Positions 19,065 through 29,110 of a stretch of DNA of 29,110 nt are shown here, piece by piece. A program made the translations under genes and the position numbers. This DNA is from Deltaproteobacteria bacterium (GTDB lineage: Bacteria; Myxococcota_A; UBA796; UBA9615): the NCBI GenBank assembly GCA_029261955.1, contig JAJDAI010000831.1, positions 1 to 29,110 on the forward strand. The letters run 5' to 3'. The notes under the pieces are model-generated. The model was not told where the DNA came from, ran no database searches, and saw only the letters and a list, made by a program, of their open reading frames with translations. Numbering within the stretch: position 1 is the stretch's first letter; the number at the start of each line of letters is the position of its first letter.

Positions 19065-20246
19065 CTAGCGGGGCAGGTCCGCGAGCATGAGCTCGATGGA
19101 CTCGGCCGTGCGCGGCCGCTCCAGGGGCTCCCGCGAGAGCAGGCGCAGGATCAAGCGCTCCACCGCCGGCGGCAGCTTCGGGTTGTGGCGCGTGGGCGGC
19201 ATGGGATCCACGTGGCAGATCGTGCGCACGAGCGTCGGCAGGTGGTTCGAGGCGAAGGGGCGTCGACCCGTCGTCATCTCGTAGAGCACGACACCCAGGG
19301 CCCAGAGGTCGCAGGCGGGCGACGAGGCCTTGCCCTTGAGGAGCTCCGGCGCGACGTAGGCCGGCGTGCCCGGGACGGTGCCCGTCGCGCTCAGCCCGGC
19401 GTCGTCGAGCAGCGGCTTGGCGACGCCGAAGTCGAGCAGCTTCAGCCCGGGCGGCCCGTCGGTCAGGAAGATGTTCGCGGGCTTCACGTCCCGGTGCACG
19501 ATCCCCGCCTTGTGGGCGGCGTGCAGCGCCCGCGCGATCCCCCGACCCACCGACGCCACGAGGCGCAGATCGAGCGCGGCGCCGGGGATCCGGTCCAGCT
19601 CGTCCCGCAGCGTGTGCCCGTGCAGCAGCTCCATGCTCAGGAACAGGCGACCGTTCCAGTCCCCGAAGTCGTACACGACGGGCACGAGCGGGTGCGTCAG
19701 GCGGCCGTAGAGGGTCATCTCCTGGAGGAAGCGCGCCCGCGCCGTGCTGCCGTTGCCGCGCAGCGCATCGAGCAGCTTGAGGGCGATCTCGGTGCCGGTC
19801 TCGTGATCGTCGGCGCGGTAGACGTCGGCCATGCCGCCCTGGCCGAGCAAGGTCCCGAGCGTGTAGCGCTCCCCGACCCGCGTGCCGGGCGGCAGGACCG
19901 GACGCCCGCCGCGCATCCGAGGCTGGTCCCCGAAGCTCGGCAGGGCCTCGCCGGTCTCATCGAGATCGACCCGCAGCAGCTCCAGGCTGTCCGGCAGGGT
20001 CAGCGCGACGCCGTGGCCCGGGGCCGGCACCGCCTCGATGAAGCCGGGGGCGAGCGACGAGGTGCTCAGCAGCGAGTGGGGCGGCGGCGCCATGCCGAGG
20101 GGCCGCTCCTCGACCGGCACGAAGTCCTCACGACGCAGCACCATCGGCGTGTCGAGGCCCCGATCGTCGAGGCCCTGCAGATCCCGGTCCCCCGAGCGCG
20201 TGAGCCCCACATCGATGTCGTAGCTGTCGTTTCCCACGCGGCCCAT
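19065..20246 (-). CDS. Eukaryotic-like (Hanks) Ser/Thr protein kinase, cytoplasmic
   Basis: LGQGGMADVY, ALKLL, HRDVKPAN, DFG, GTPAYVAPE, DLWALG; no TM segment; start position uncertain. Confidence 0.93.
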   Translation of the reverse strand: MGRVGNDSYDIDVGLTRSGDRDLQGLDDRGLDTPMVLRREDFVPVEERPLGMAPPPHSLLSTSSLAPGFIEAVPAPGHGVALTLPDSLELLRVDLDETGEALPSFGDQPRMRGGRPVLPPGTRVGERYTLGTLLGQGGMADVYRADDHETGTEIALKLLDALRGNGSTARARFLQEMTLYGRLTHPLVPVVYDFGDWNGRLFLSMELLHGHTLRDELDRIPGAALDLRLVASVGRGIARALHAAHKAGIVHRDVKPANIFLTDGPPGLKLLDFGVAKPLLDDAGLSATGTVPGTPAYVAPELLKGKASSPACDLWALGVVLYEMTTGRRPFASNHLPTLVRTICHVDPMPPTRHNPKLPPAVERLILRLLSREPLERPRTAESIELMLADLPR

Positions 20247-20307
20247 TGTGGACGAGGCGGGGCGAGATCGCGCAGGCGGATGTTGGCGGAGCGCCCTCGA
20301 AGCCGCC

Positions 20308-20819
20308 TCAGACCTCCCGCACTCCCTGGCCGGGCAGGTCGAGCGCGCGGCCCCGCAGGAAGGTCAACGGGCCACCGAGGCCCGGCACGATGAGCGAGGG
20401 GGCGATGCGCGCCCAGGGCTCGAGCACCGAGCGGCGCCAGGCGATGCCGGGGTGCGGCAGCTGCAGGCCCTCCTCGTCGATCTCGCGCTCGCCGTAGAGC
20501 AGCACGTCCAGGTCGATGAGCCGCGGCCCGTTCTTCACCTCGCGGACGCGGCCCAGCTCCTCTTCGATGGCCAGGCAGCGCTCCAGCAGGGTGCGGGCCG
20601 AGCCGGTCCACTCGATGCGCACGACGCAGTTGAAGAACCAGGGCTGCTCGGTGATGCCCCAGGGCTCGGTCTCGAGCACCGGGGACACCTCGACGATCGC
20701 CGGGAGCAGCGCGATCGCCGCGTCGATGTGCGCCTGCCGGTCGCCCAGGTTCGAACCCACGCCGATCCACGCCTCGGTGGGATCGGGCAGGCGGGCCAGG
20801 GCCGAGGTCATCACCGCGC

Positions 20820-20823
<4 letters not shown>
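20308..20823 (-). CDS. folK: 2-amino-4-hydroxy-6-hydroxymethyldihydropteridine diphosphokinase (HPPK)
   Basis: AWIGVGSNLGDR, ETEPWG..EQPWFFN, IEEELGRVR..KNGPRLIDLDVLLY, LPHP; GTG 20823 overlaps the regulator stop (alternative ATG 20811). Confidence 0.95.
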
Positions 20824-22199
<1,376 letters not shown>

Positions 22200-22283
22200 G
22201 CGGCTGTCCCGAGGGGTGGAAGGAGGCTTCTTCTACACGCGTTTGCAGGGGCTTGTTCCGGGATCTTCTCGCCGCGGACCCGC

Positions 22284-23876
22284 TCAGGTGGCCAGCGGCA
22301 GCCAGATCGAGAAGGTCGTGCCCGCCCCCGGCGCGCTGCGGCAGTCGATGCGGCCGCCGTGCTCCGCGATCACCTGCTGGGTCACGGGCAGCCCCAGTCC
22401 CGAGCCCGCCTCCTTCGTGGAGAAGAAGGGATCGAAGATGCGGTTGACGTGTTCGGCGTCCATGCCGGGCCCGTCGTCGGCGACCTCGAGCAGGACGTCG
22501 CTCCCGTCGACCCGAGCGCCGATCCTGAGGACCCCGCCGCCCTGCTCGGCCAGCGCCTCGCCCGCGTTGCGCACGATGTTCAGCAGGGCCTGCCGGATCT
22601 GGCCGACGTCCAGCTGCACCTCGGGCAGGTCCGTCGGCAGGTCCAGCTCGATCTGCACGCCGCCCTGCTCCAGCTCCTCGCGCTGGAAGCGCACGAGGTC
22701 CCCCACCACGTCGCCGAGCGGGAAGGGCTCCAGCTTCATGGCCGGCGCCTTGCCGATGGCCAGGTAGCTCTCGGTGATGCGGGTCAGGCGCGCCACCTCG
22801 TCGCGGATGGCGTCGACCAGCTCCGCCGCCTCGCCCGCGACGTCGTCGCGCAGCAGCTCCGCGTTCAGGCCGAGGGCGTTCAGCGGGTTGCGGACCTCGT
22901 GGGCCACCTGGGCGGCCATCTGGCCGATGATCGCGAGCCGCTCGTTCTGGAGCTGGGCCTGCTGGCTGGCGCGCAGCTCCGACAGGGCGGTCTCGAGCTG
23001 CTCGCTGCGCTCCTCCAGCTTGCGCTCGCGTTCCTGGACCGAGGTCGCCATCGCGTTGAAGGAGCGGGCGAGCCGGCTGAGCTCCTCGGTGCCCGGGATC
23101 TCCGCGCGCTCCTCGAAGTTGCCCTCGCGGATGCGCTCGACGCTCGCGATCAGCTGACGCACCGGCCGCATCATGAAGGTCGTCGCGGCCACCAGCAGCA
23201 GCCCGATCCCAAAGGCCACGCCGCTCAGCGCCGCCACCGCCAGGCGCGCGTCCCGCTGGCTGCGCTCGGTGCGCTGCACGACCCGGGTGACCCGGCGGCT
23301 CACGCGGCGACCCAGGTCCCGCAGGTTCCCTTCGATCTGCCGGTGCAGCTCGATGAGCTGGGGCACGTAGCCGTCGGCAGGGCTGCCCTCCTCGACCTGG
23401 ATCACGAACTCGGCGTGCACCTCGCGGTAGCTCTCCAGCAGCTCCAGCACGTTGGCGATGTTGTCGGCGATGCGCACGAGCACGGCCGCGTCCGCCTCGT
23501 TCAGCTCCGCAGCCGCCAGCGCCACCGCCACGCCGCGGGCGCGCTCCAGCTGCGCCTGCATGCGCTCCTGAACGAACAGCTCGGTGCGCCGCACGCGGTA
23601 GAGGCGGTCGGCCGTCTGGCCCGGCTCCAGCTCGAGGCCGAGGGGCCAGGACTCCGCGCCCGAGATCTCCCGCCCGAGGGGCAGGTAGCCCGCCGAGAGC
23701 GTGGTCAGGCTGAGCTGCGTGTCCTTCATCTCGACGAGCACGGCGCCGAGGATTCCGCCGAACACCACGAGCAGCACGAGGTAGCCCAGCACCAGGCGCG
23801 CCTGGAGGGTCAGCCGCGGCGCCCCGGCGGGATCGGGGGCACGCTGCGATCGGACACGGGGCGCCTGTTCGGCCAT
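22284..23876 (-). CDS. Membrane sensor histidine kinase with HAMP domain
   Basis: Two TM helices around a helical sensor domain; HAMP (RPVRQL...EELSRLARSFNAM); AHEVRNPL; NIVRNA, DDGPG, FDPFFSTK, GSGLGL. Confidence 0.93.
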   Translation of the reverse strand: MAEQAPRVRSQRAPDPAGAPRLTLQARLVLGYLVLLVVFGGILGAVLVEMKDTQLSLTTLSAGYLPLGREISGAESWPLGLELEPGQTADRLYRVRRTELFVQERMQAQLERARGVAVALAAAELNEADAAVLVRIADNIANVLELLESYREVHAEFVIQVEEGSPADGYVPQLIELHRQIEGNLRDLGRRVSRRVTRVVQRTERSQRDARLAVAALSGVAFGIGLLLVAATTFMMRPVRQLIASVERIREGNFEERAEIPGTEELSRLARSFNAMATSVQERERKLEERSEQLETALSELRASQQAQLQNERLAIIGQMAAQVAHEVRNPLNALGLNAELLRDDVAGEAAELVDAIRDEVARLTRITESYLAIGKAPAMKLEPFPLGDVVGDLVRFQREELEQGGVQIELDLPTDLPEVQLDVGQIRQALLNIVRNAGEALAEQGGGVLRIGARVDGSDVLLEVADDGPGMDAEHVNRIFDPFFSTKEAGSGLGLPVTQQVIAEHGGRIDCRSAPGAGTTFSIWLPLAT

Positions 23877-23964
23877 CGGCCCACTGTACAGCGGTCCCGG
23901 ATCCCAGGAGGCGATTCGGGGTAGGATGCCGGCCGGGATTTCCGCCCGAAAAGGATGCGTTCGC

Positions 23965-25794
23965 TTGGCCGAGACACTCCGGGTGCTGGTGGTCGATGAC
24001 AGCCCGGGCGACCGCGAACTGGTTCGCGTCTCCCTCGCTCAAGATCGCCACCGCGACTACGACCTGGCCGAGGCGCGAAGCCTGGCCGACGCGTTGGATC
24101 AGCTCCACGCCGCGGATCTCGTTCTGCTGGACCTGCACCTGCCCGACGCCGAGGGCACCGAGGGCCTCGCCGCGCTGCGGAACGCGGACTTCGCCGGCCC
24201 CGTGCTGGTGCTGTCCCGCGAGGAGGACGAGCAGGTCGCCAGCGAGCTGCTCCAGGCCGGCGCCCAGGACTACCTCATCAAGGGCCAGCTCAGCGAAGCG
24301 CTGCTGACCCGCTCGATCTCCCACGCCCTGGAGCGACACCAGCTGCGGGAGCTCGCCGACGAGCGGCGCCTGCAGCTGGAGCGCAGCGAAGCGACCTTCC
24401 GAAGCCTGGCTCACGGCGCGGACGGGCTGCTCGTGCTCGTCGAGGGCTGCGTGCGTTACGCCAACCCGGCGGCCGAGGCGCTGCTCGGCCGCAGCGGCGG
24501 CGACCTGCTCGGCACCCACCTGCCGCTGTCGCTCGACACCGGAGCCCTGCAGGAGGAGCTGCTGCCCCGCCCCGACGGCAGCACCGTGCCCGTCGAAGTG
24601 CGCCTGACCCCCACCGAGTGGGAAGGCCAGACCGCCTCGCTCGCGACGCTGCGCGACATCACCGGCCGGCGTGAGCTGACCGAGCGCGTGCGCATGGCCC
24701 AGGCGCTGTCCCTCGTCGGGCGGCTCGCGGGCGGCGTGGCCCACGACTTCAACAACATCCTCACCGGCATGCTCGGGCACCTCGACATGCTGTCCGAGGA
24801 CCTCCAGGCCACCTCGCACGCGCCCGCCATCGCGGCGCTGCTGGACGGGTCCGAGCGCGCCGCGAGGCTGACGCAGCGGCTCCTGGCCTTCGCCCAGCGG
24901 CAGGTCGTCCAGCCCCGCGCCGTCGACGTCAACAAGGTGATCGACCACCTGGAGCGCTGGCTCTCGCACCTGGGCGGCGAGAACGTCCAGCTGCTGCTTC
25001 GCCTGGAGGCTGGGCTTCCCCGGGTCGAGGCGGACCCGCTGGAGCTCGACCAGATCCTCTTCAACCTGGTGGGCAACGCCTGCGACGCGGTCTCCGATGG
25101 GGGCCGGGTCACGGTGCGCACGCGCTACGAGCTGCAGGACGAGCCCTGGGTCGTCATCGAAGTGCACGACGATGGCCCGGGCATCCCCCACGACATCCAG
25201 CAGAACCTCTTCGAGCCCTTCGTCACGACCAAGGAGTCCACGGGCGGCATCGGCCTGGGTCTGCCGACGGTCTCGGACATCGTCGAGCGACGCGGGGGGT
25301 CCATCTCCTTCGAGTCCAACGACGTCGCGGGCACGACCTTCACCATCCGCCTGCCGCCGAGCTCGGCCGGCAGCACGCTGACCTCGGACTCCTTCCCGCC
25401 CGTGGCGGCAGACGAGCCCGGCTCGCGGCGCATCCTCGTCGTGGACGACGACCAGGCCATCCGTCAGCTGCTCAAGGCGGCGCTGGAGGCGGCGGGCTTC
25501 GAGGTCATCGTCGCGCCGGACGGAGCCGAGGGCCTGGCCCGCGGGCGCGAGCTGGCCGGGGCCATCGACCTGCTGATCACCGACGTGATGATGCCGGGCA
25601 TGCGCGGCGACGAGCTGGCAACGCAGCTTCAGAAGGCCCAGCCCGGCCTGCGCGCCCTGCTGATCTCCGGCTTCGCGCGGGACGCCCTCGGCGAGGAGAG
25701 CGTTCCCGGTCCCGGGCTGGCCTTTCTCGCCAAGCCCTTCCGCACCGGCGAGCTGCTCCGACAGGTCCGGAAGCTGCTGAACGGCGGAGACTGA
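23965..25794 (+). CDS. Cytoplasmic hybrid histidine kinase REC-PAS-HisKA-HATPase-REC
   Basis: REC1 (VVDD, LLDLHLPD, YLIKG), PAS (YANPAAEALLG...LRDIT), AHDFNN, NLVGNA, DDGPG, FVTTK, GLGL, REC2 (ITDVMMP, LAKPF). TTG 23965 chosen; ATG 23926 is possible. Confidence 0.92.
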   Translation: MAETLRVLVVDDSPGDRELVRVSLAQDRHRDYDLAEARSLADALDQLHAADLVLLDLHLPDAEGTEGLAALRNADFAGPVLVLSREEDEQVASELLQAGAQDYLIKGQLSEALLTRSISHALERHQLRELADERRLQLERSEATFRSLAHGADGLLVLVEGCVRYANPAAEALLGRSGGDLLGTHLPLSLDTGALQEELLPRPDGSTVPVEVRLTPTEWEGQTASLATLRDITGRRELTERVRMAQALSLVGRLAGGVAHDFNNILTGMLGHLDMLSEDLQATSHAPAIAALLDGSERAARLTQRLLAFAQRQVVQPRAVDVNKVIDHLERWLSHLGGENVQLLLRLEAGLPRVEADPLELDQILFNLVGNACDAVSDGGRVTVRTRYELQDEPWVVIEVHDDGPGIPHDIQQNLFEPFVTTKESTGGIGLGLPTVSDIVERRGGSISFESNDVAGTTFTIRLPPSSAGSTLTSDSFPPVAADEPGSRRILVVDDDQAIRQLLKAALEAAGFEVIVAPDGAEGLARGRELAGAIDLLITDVMMPGMRGDELATQLQKAQPGLRALLISGFARDALGEESVPGPGLAFLAKPFRTGELLRQVRKLLNGGD

Positions 25795-25827
25795 GGGGCT
25801 CGCCCCCGCGGCCGGCAGCCGAGCCCC
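25795..25827 (+). terminator. Hairpin immediately after the hybrid kinase stop
   Basis: GGGGCTCG (25795-25802) / CGAGCCCC (25820-25827) perfect 8-bp stem with 17-nt loop; no U-tract. Confidence 0.25.
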
Positions 25828-25851
25828 GCAGCCGCGGCTATCCTGCCTGCC

Positions 25852-27078
25852 ATGCCCGGAATCCGAGAGCAGTTCCTCCGTCCGCTGAAGAAGCAGGTCA
25901 AGTTGCGTCTCGCGGGGGACGACATCGACACCCTCGTCCAGCGTCGGGACCGCCGCCGGCTGCGCTGGCTGGCCACCGAGTCACCCGACCGCATGCTTCG
26001 CTTCCGGGCGCTGCGCAACCTGGCCGAGCTGCTCGATCCCGAATCGGTCCCCCTCTTCCAGACGACCATCGAAGCGGAGGCGGGCTCGCTGCCACCCTCG
26101 GTGGTCAAGGTGGCGGCGGAGGGCCTGGGCCGGCTGCTCCGCGGGGACGCCGGGCCGGCGCTGCGTCGGCTGCTGGCGCCGGAGCGGCCCGCCTCGGTGC
26201 AGATCGCCGCGGCGCGCTCCCTCGGCCTCATCGGTCGGCCCGAGGACTGGGCCGCCGTACGCGCTTGGGCCGTGCGCTGTGAGGGCGACTGGCCGCTCTT
26301 CCCCGATGAGCGCGACTGCGTCATCCCGCCCCAGCGCGAGCCGGTGGGCACCACGGCCATGGTCTGGATGATCCAGACGCTCTACGCCGACAAGGAGGCC
26401 CGCTGGTGGGCCAGCAAGTCGGGCAAGTGGCTGGGGAGCGAGCTCGACAAGCCCCGCATGTCCAGCGACAAGGGCGCCGACAAGATCGTCGCGCAGGAGC
26501 ACCGCTACGCCTTCGACAACAAGGAGCTGGAGCCCGGGCCCTTCCGCGGCCGCGTGCTGCACCTGGGCGAGCTGGGGCTGGACCGGGACCAGGCGCTGCT
26601 GCTGGGCCTGGCCGAGAGCAGCGAAGGCGAGCGGCGCCGCGCGGCCATCCAGGGGCTGGGCATCCAGTCGGATCCCCGCTCCATCGCGGCCTTCAAGGCC
26701 TGGATCGAACAGGTGCCGGACGACCAGCCCGAGCTGGCGGCCGACCTGGCCCGGGGCGCCGGCCGCCTGGGCTGGCCCGACCTCGTGCCCGCCCTCACCT
26801 CACTGCGCGCCCGCTTCAGCGAGGAGGCCGTGCGCAACAACATCAGCTGGGCCCTCGGCGAGTGTGGGGGGGAGGAGGCCGTGCGGCTGCTCGTGGACCT
26901 CGTGCGGTCGCGCGAGGAGGAGCTGAGCGAGGACGAGTTCGTGTGGATCGCCCGGGGGCTCAAGCGCTGCGGGGTGATCGGCCGCGAAGCGATCCGCGGC
27001 TCCGTGGCCATCGCGCGGGCTGGCGGCGGCGAGCGAGGCCGGGTGGCTCGCCTGGCGGAGATCGCCGGGATTCACTGA
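25852..27078 (+). CDS. HEAT/PBS-lyase-like repeat protein
   Basis: Recurrent helical motifs RFRALRNLAEL, KVAAEGLGRL, QIAAARSLGLI, RRAAIQGLG, DLARGAGRL, VRNNISWALGEC. Confidence 0.7.
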   Translation: MPGIREQFLRPLKKQVKLRLAGDDIDTLVQRRDRRRLRWLATESPDRMLRFRALRNLAELLDPESVPLFQTTIEAEAGSLPPSVVKVAAEGLGRLLRGDAGPALRRLLAPERPASVQIAAARSLGLIGRPEDWAAVRAWAVRCEGDWPLFPDERDCVIPPQREPVGTTAMVWMIQTLYADKEARWWASKSGKWLGSELDKPRMSSDKGADKIVAQEHRYAFDNKELEPGPFRGRVLHLGELGLDRDQALLLGLAESSEGERRRAAIQGLGIQSDPRSIAAFKAWIEQVPDDQPELAADLARGAGRLGWPDLVPALTSLRARFSEEAVRNNISWALGECGGEEAVRLLVDLVRSREEELSEDEFVWIARGLKRCGVIGREAIRGSVAIARAGGGERGRVARLAEIAGIH

Positions 27079-28007
27079 GCGGGGCAGCCCCCCGGGGCGG
27101 TCCGCTCGAGCCGCTCCTCGTTGAGGCGCTCGCTGCACAGGTCGATGAAGGCGCGCACCCGCGGGGCCAGGTGGCGGCTCGCAGGCCAGACCAGCGACAG
27201 GCGCCCCGAGCGCATCGTCCACTCGGGCAGCACCCGGACCAGGGTCCCGCCGTCTCGTGACTGCGCCGTGAAGAGCAGGGGCAGCAGCGCGATCACGGTG
27301 CCGGTCTCCACCAGCGACTGGATCAGGCCGAAGTCGTTGCTCTCGATGACCGGATCGGTGATCCGCACGAGCTCCTCGCCGCCCTGGGAGTGGAAGGGCA
27401 GCGCCCGCCGAGACGCCGCCTTGTGCACGGCCACGTCGTGCTCGCGCAGCTCCGCGGGGCTCTGCGGCGCACCGCGGCGCTCGATGTAGGCCGGGCTCGC
27501 GTAGACCGCCGCCGAGAAGCGCCCGAGCGAGCGGACCATGAGGCCCCCGTCACCGGGGATGTCCTCGCCGTGCAGGCGCAGGCCCACGTCCACGCCCTCA
27601 GTCACGAGGTCCATCACCCGGTTCTCCAGGCGCATGTCGATCGTGACCCGGGGGTGCCGGCGGCGGTACTCGGTGAGCAGGTGCGCCACGGCTCGGGTGC
27701 GGCCGAAGTCGTTGGGCGCCGTGATCACCAGGCGCCCCTGGGGCTCGCCCCGGGCCTCCGTCAGCGCCTGCTCCACCGAGCCGAGCTCCCGCAAGGCCCC
27801 GGCCGAGCGGGCCTGGAGCAGCCGGCCGTCGTCGGTCAGCGCGAAGGAGCGGGCGGATCGGCGGAGCAGCTCCACCCCCAGGTCGTCCTCCAAGCGGGCG
27901 ATGCGGCGGCTGATCGTCGACTTGGGCACCCCCTCGTCCCGCGCCGCGGCGCTGATGGTGCCGCGCTCGGCGACCCGCACGAAGCTGGCGAGGTCGGTGA
28001 GGTTCAT
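27072..28007 (-). CDS. LysR-family transcriptional regulator (DmlR/CrgA-like)
   Basis: FVRVAERGTISAAAR..GVPKSTISRRIARLE..LGVELLRR; GRLVITAP; DLVTEGVDVGLR; APRVRAFID. Confidence 0.94.
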   Translation of the reverse strand: MNLTDLASFVRVAERGTISAAARDEGVPKSTISRRIARLEDDLGVELLRRSARSFALTDDGRLLQARSAGALRELGSVEQALTEARGEPQGRLVITAPNDFGRTRAVAHLLTEYRRRHPRVTIDMRLENRVMDLVTEGVDVGLRLHGEDIPGDGGLMVRSLGRFSAAVYASPAYIERRGAPQSPAELREHDVAVHKAASRRALPFHSQGGEELVRITDPVIESNDFGLIQSLVETGTVIALLPLLFTAQSRDGGTLVRVLPEWTMRSGRLSLVWPASRHLAPRVRAFIDLCSERLNEERLERTAPGGCPAQ

Positions 28008-28047
28008 GTTGCTCCTGCGCAACTTCAGGTTGCTTTCTTGCCATCTT

Positions 28048-28062
28048 GTTGCGCAGGCGAAC
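28048..28062. promoter_or_regulatory. Putative LysR recognition box (T-N11-A) between divergent LysR and DoxX genes
   Basis: GTT-GCGCAGGCG-AAC dyad; T28049-N11-A28061. Confidence 0.45.
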
Positions 28063-28139
28063 CTAGCGCATCTTCAGGGCGAGCGACGGGCCGGGACCGG
28101 GCCGCCGCCCCCAAGAAAACAAGACATCAAGGAGACGTC

Positions 28140-28523
28140 ATGCACATTGCCCTCTGGATCGTTCAAGCCCTGCTCGCCTTCGCCTTCCTCATGGCCGGCG
28201 GCATGAAGATGGGCGCACCCATCGAAGACCTGCTCGCCAACGGGATGACCTTCGTGGAGTGGACGCCGGCCGCCGTCGTGCGCTTCATCGGCGCCGCGGA
28301 GTTCGCCGGGGCCCTGGGCCTCATCCTGCCCTCGGTCCTGCGCATCCAGCCGAAGCTCACGCCCATCGCCGCCGGGGCGCTCGCGTTTGTGATGGTGCTG
28401 GCTGCCGGATCCCACGTCATGCACGACGAGATGGGCGCCCTCGGGGCCCCGATCGTCCTCGGCCTGCTGAGCGCCTTCGTGGCCTGGGGCCGCTGGAGCA
28501 AGGCGCCGATCAGCCCTCGCTAG
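28140..28523 (+). CDS. DoxX-family membrane protein
   Basis: ALWIVQALLAFAFLMAGGMK, RFIGAAEFAGALGLILP, LTPIAA, H in third helix; AAGGAG before ATG 28140. Confidence 0.88.
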   Translation: MHIALWIVQALLAFAFLMAGGMKMGAPIEDLLANGMTFVEWTPAAVVRFIGAAEFAGALGLILPSVLRIQPKLTPIAAGALAFVMVLAAGSHVMHDEMGALGAPIVLGLLSAFVAWGRWSKAPISPR

Positions 28524-28746
28524 CGCCGCTGTCCTCGTCTTCGTCGCCCATGCCGCTGAGCCAGCGGAACGCGCCGACACCCAGGAAGAACACGCCCAGG
28601 CCGAGCAGGATGGCCACGGTCTCCACTTCGTTGAAGTGCACCCCGAAGCGGTTGAAGGTGATCTTCGCGGCGTGGGACTCGGTGTTGTAGGCGTACACAC
28701 CCGCGCCCGCGAGCAGGAAGATCAGACCGGTGATGAAGGCTCCCAT
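28510..28746 (-). CDS. Small hypothetical membrane protein (78 aa, two hydrophobic helices)
   Basis: AFITGLIFLLAGAGVYAY and VAILLGLGVFFLGVGAF separated by a polar loop; acidic tail; GGAG upstream. Confidence 0.6.
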   Translation of the reverse strand: MGAFITGLIFLLAGAGVYAYNTESHAAKITFNRFGVHFNEVETVAILLGLGVFFLGVGAFRWLSGMGDEDEDSGASEG

Positions 28747-28783
28747 GGGCGGGAGCCTGTCAGACCTCGGACCCCCGGCGCAA

Positions 28784-29110
28784 TCAGTAGAGGATCTTCG
28801 CCACCAGCTCGACGCTGCCCTCGAGCTTGTCCCCGAAGCGCACCTCGACGTACATCGGCGTCTTGGGGATCTGCACTTCGAGCTGCCCCTCGACGATGTT
28901 CTCGTCCTCCTCGGCCCCCCAGCGGAAGCGGGACAGGATGAAGACGTAGGGCCCGATGGCCTTGCCCGCCTCGACGCTGCCGGAGCTGATGTCGTCCCCG
29001 AGGTCGACCTCGAAGGAGTCCACGGGCACGTACTTGCCGAGCTTGTTGAAGAGGAAGCCGCCGAGCGCGGCCCCCACGGTGGACATGGCCGCCTGGCCCT
29101 GCGCCGCCGT
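28784..29110 (-). CDS. C-terminus of a TamB/DUF490-like translocation and assembly module protein; 5' end outside window
   Basis: Frame open to 29110; amphipathic beta-strand C-terminus (VEAGKAIGPYVFILSRF...LEVQI...VEVRFG...VELVAKILY) resembling the TamB terminus. Confidence 0.6.
   Translation of the reverse strand, partial: TAAQGQAAMSTVGAALGGFLFNKLGKYVPVDSFEVDLGDDISSGSVEAGKAIGPYVFILSRFRWGAEEDENIVEGQLEVQIPKTPMYVEVRFGDKLEGSVELVAKILY

Noticed and set aside
22241-22265. Sigma54 -24/-12 promoter upstream of the response regulator (GGAACAAGCCCCTGC on minus strand); similar candidates near 14150-14175 and 17519-17533
   Set aside because: GG-to-GC spacing is 11-12 nt rather than the required 10.

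Overview
Very GC-rich, gene-dense bacterial DNA. MYXO-CTERM-like sorting signal, MopE-type Asp/Cys repeats, a eukaryotic-like Ser/Thr kinase and a sigma54 regulator suggest Myxococcota (inference). 27 CDSs are supportable; two are cut by the window edges. Left to right: (i) end of an RND pump plus a TolC-family protein with an enlarged Cys-containing loop; (ii) an enzyme-rich region (2389-14064) with three cobalamin-binding radical SAM enzymes, two PhyH-type Fe/2OG dioxygenases, a class I methyltransferase, a saccharopine-dehydrogenase-like reductase, a GMC oxidoreductase, a PLP-enzyme/gluconate-2-dehydrogenase-subunit-3-like fusion with an internal twin-arginine motif, and a central Tat-signal protein of unknown function, but no recognisable scaffold synthase or precursor peptide; (iii) a MYXO-CTERM surface protein with 8 MopE-like repeats and a small coupled lipoprotein; (iv) aldehyde dehydrogenase, lipoprotein, GST; (v) Ser/Thr kinase, folK, sigma54 two-component pair, hybrid kinase, HEAT-repeat protein; (vi) LysR/DoxX pair, a small membrane protein and a TamB-like C-terminus. 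No rRNA, tRNA, CRISPR array or mobile element was seen. All family calls are from motif recognition by eye; no searches were run.
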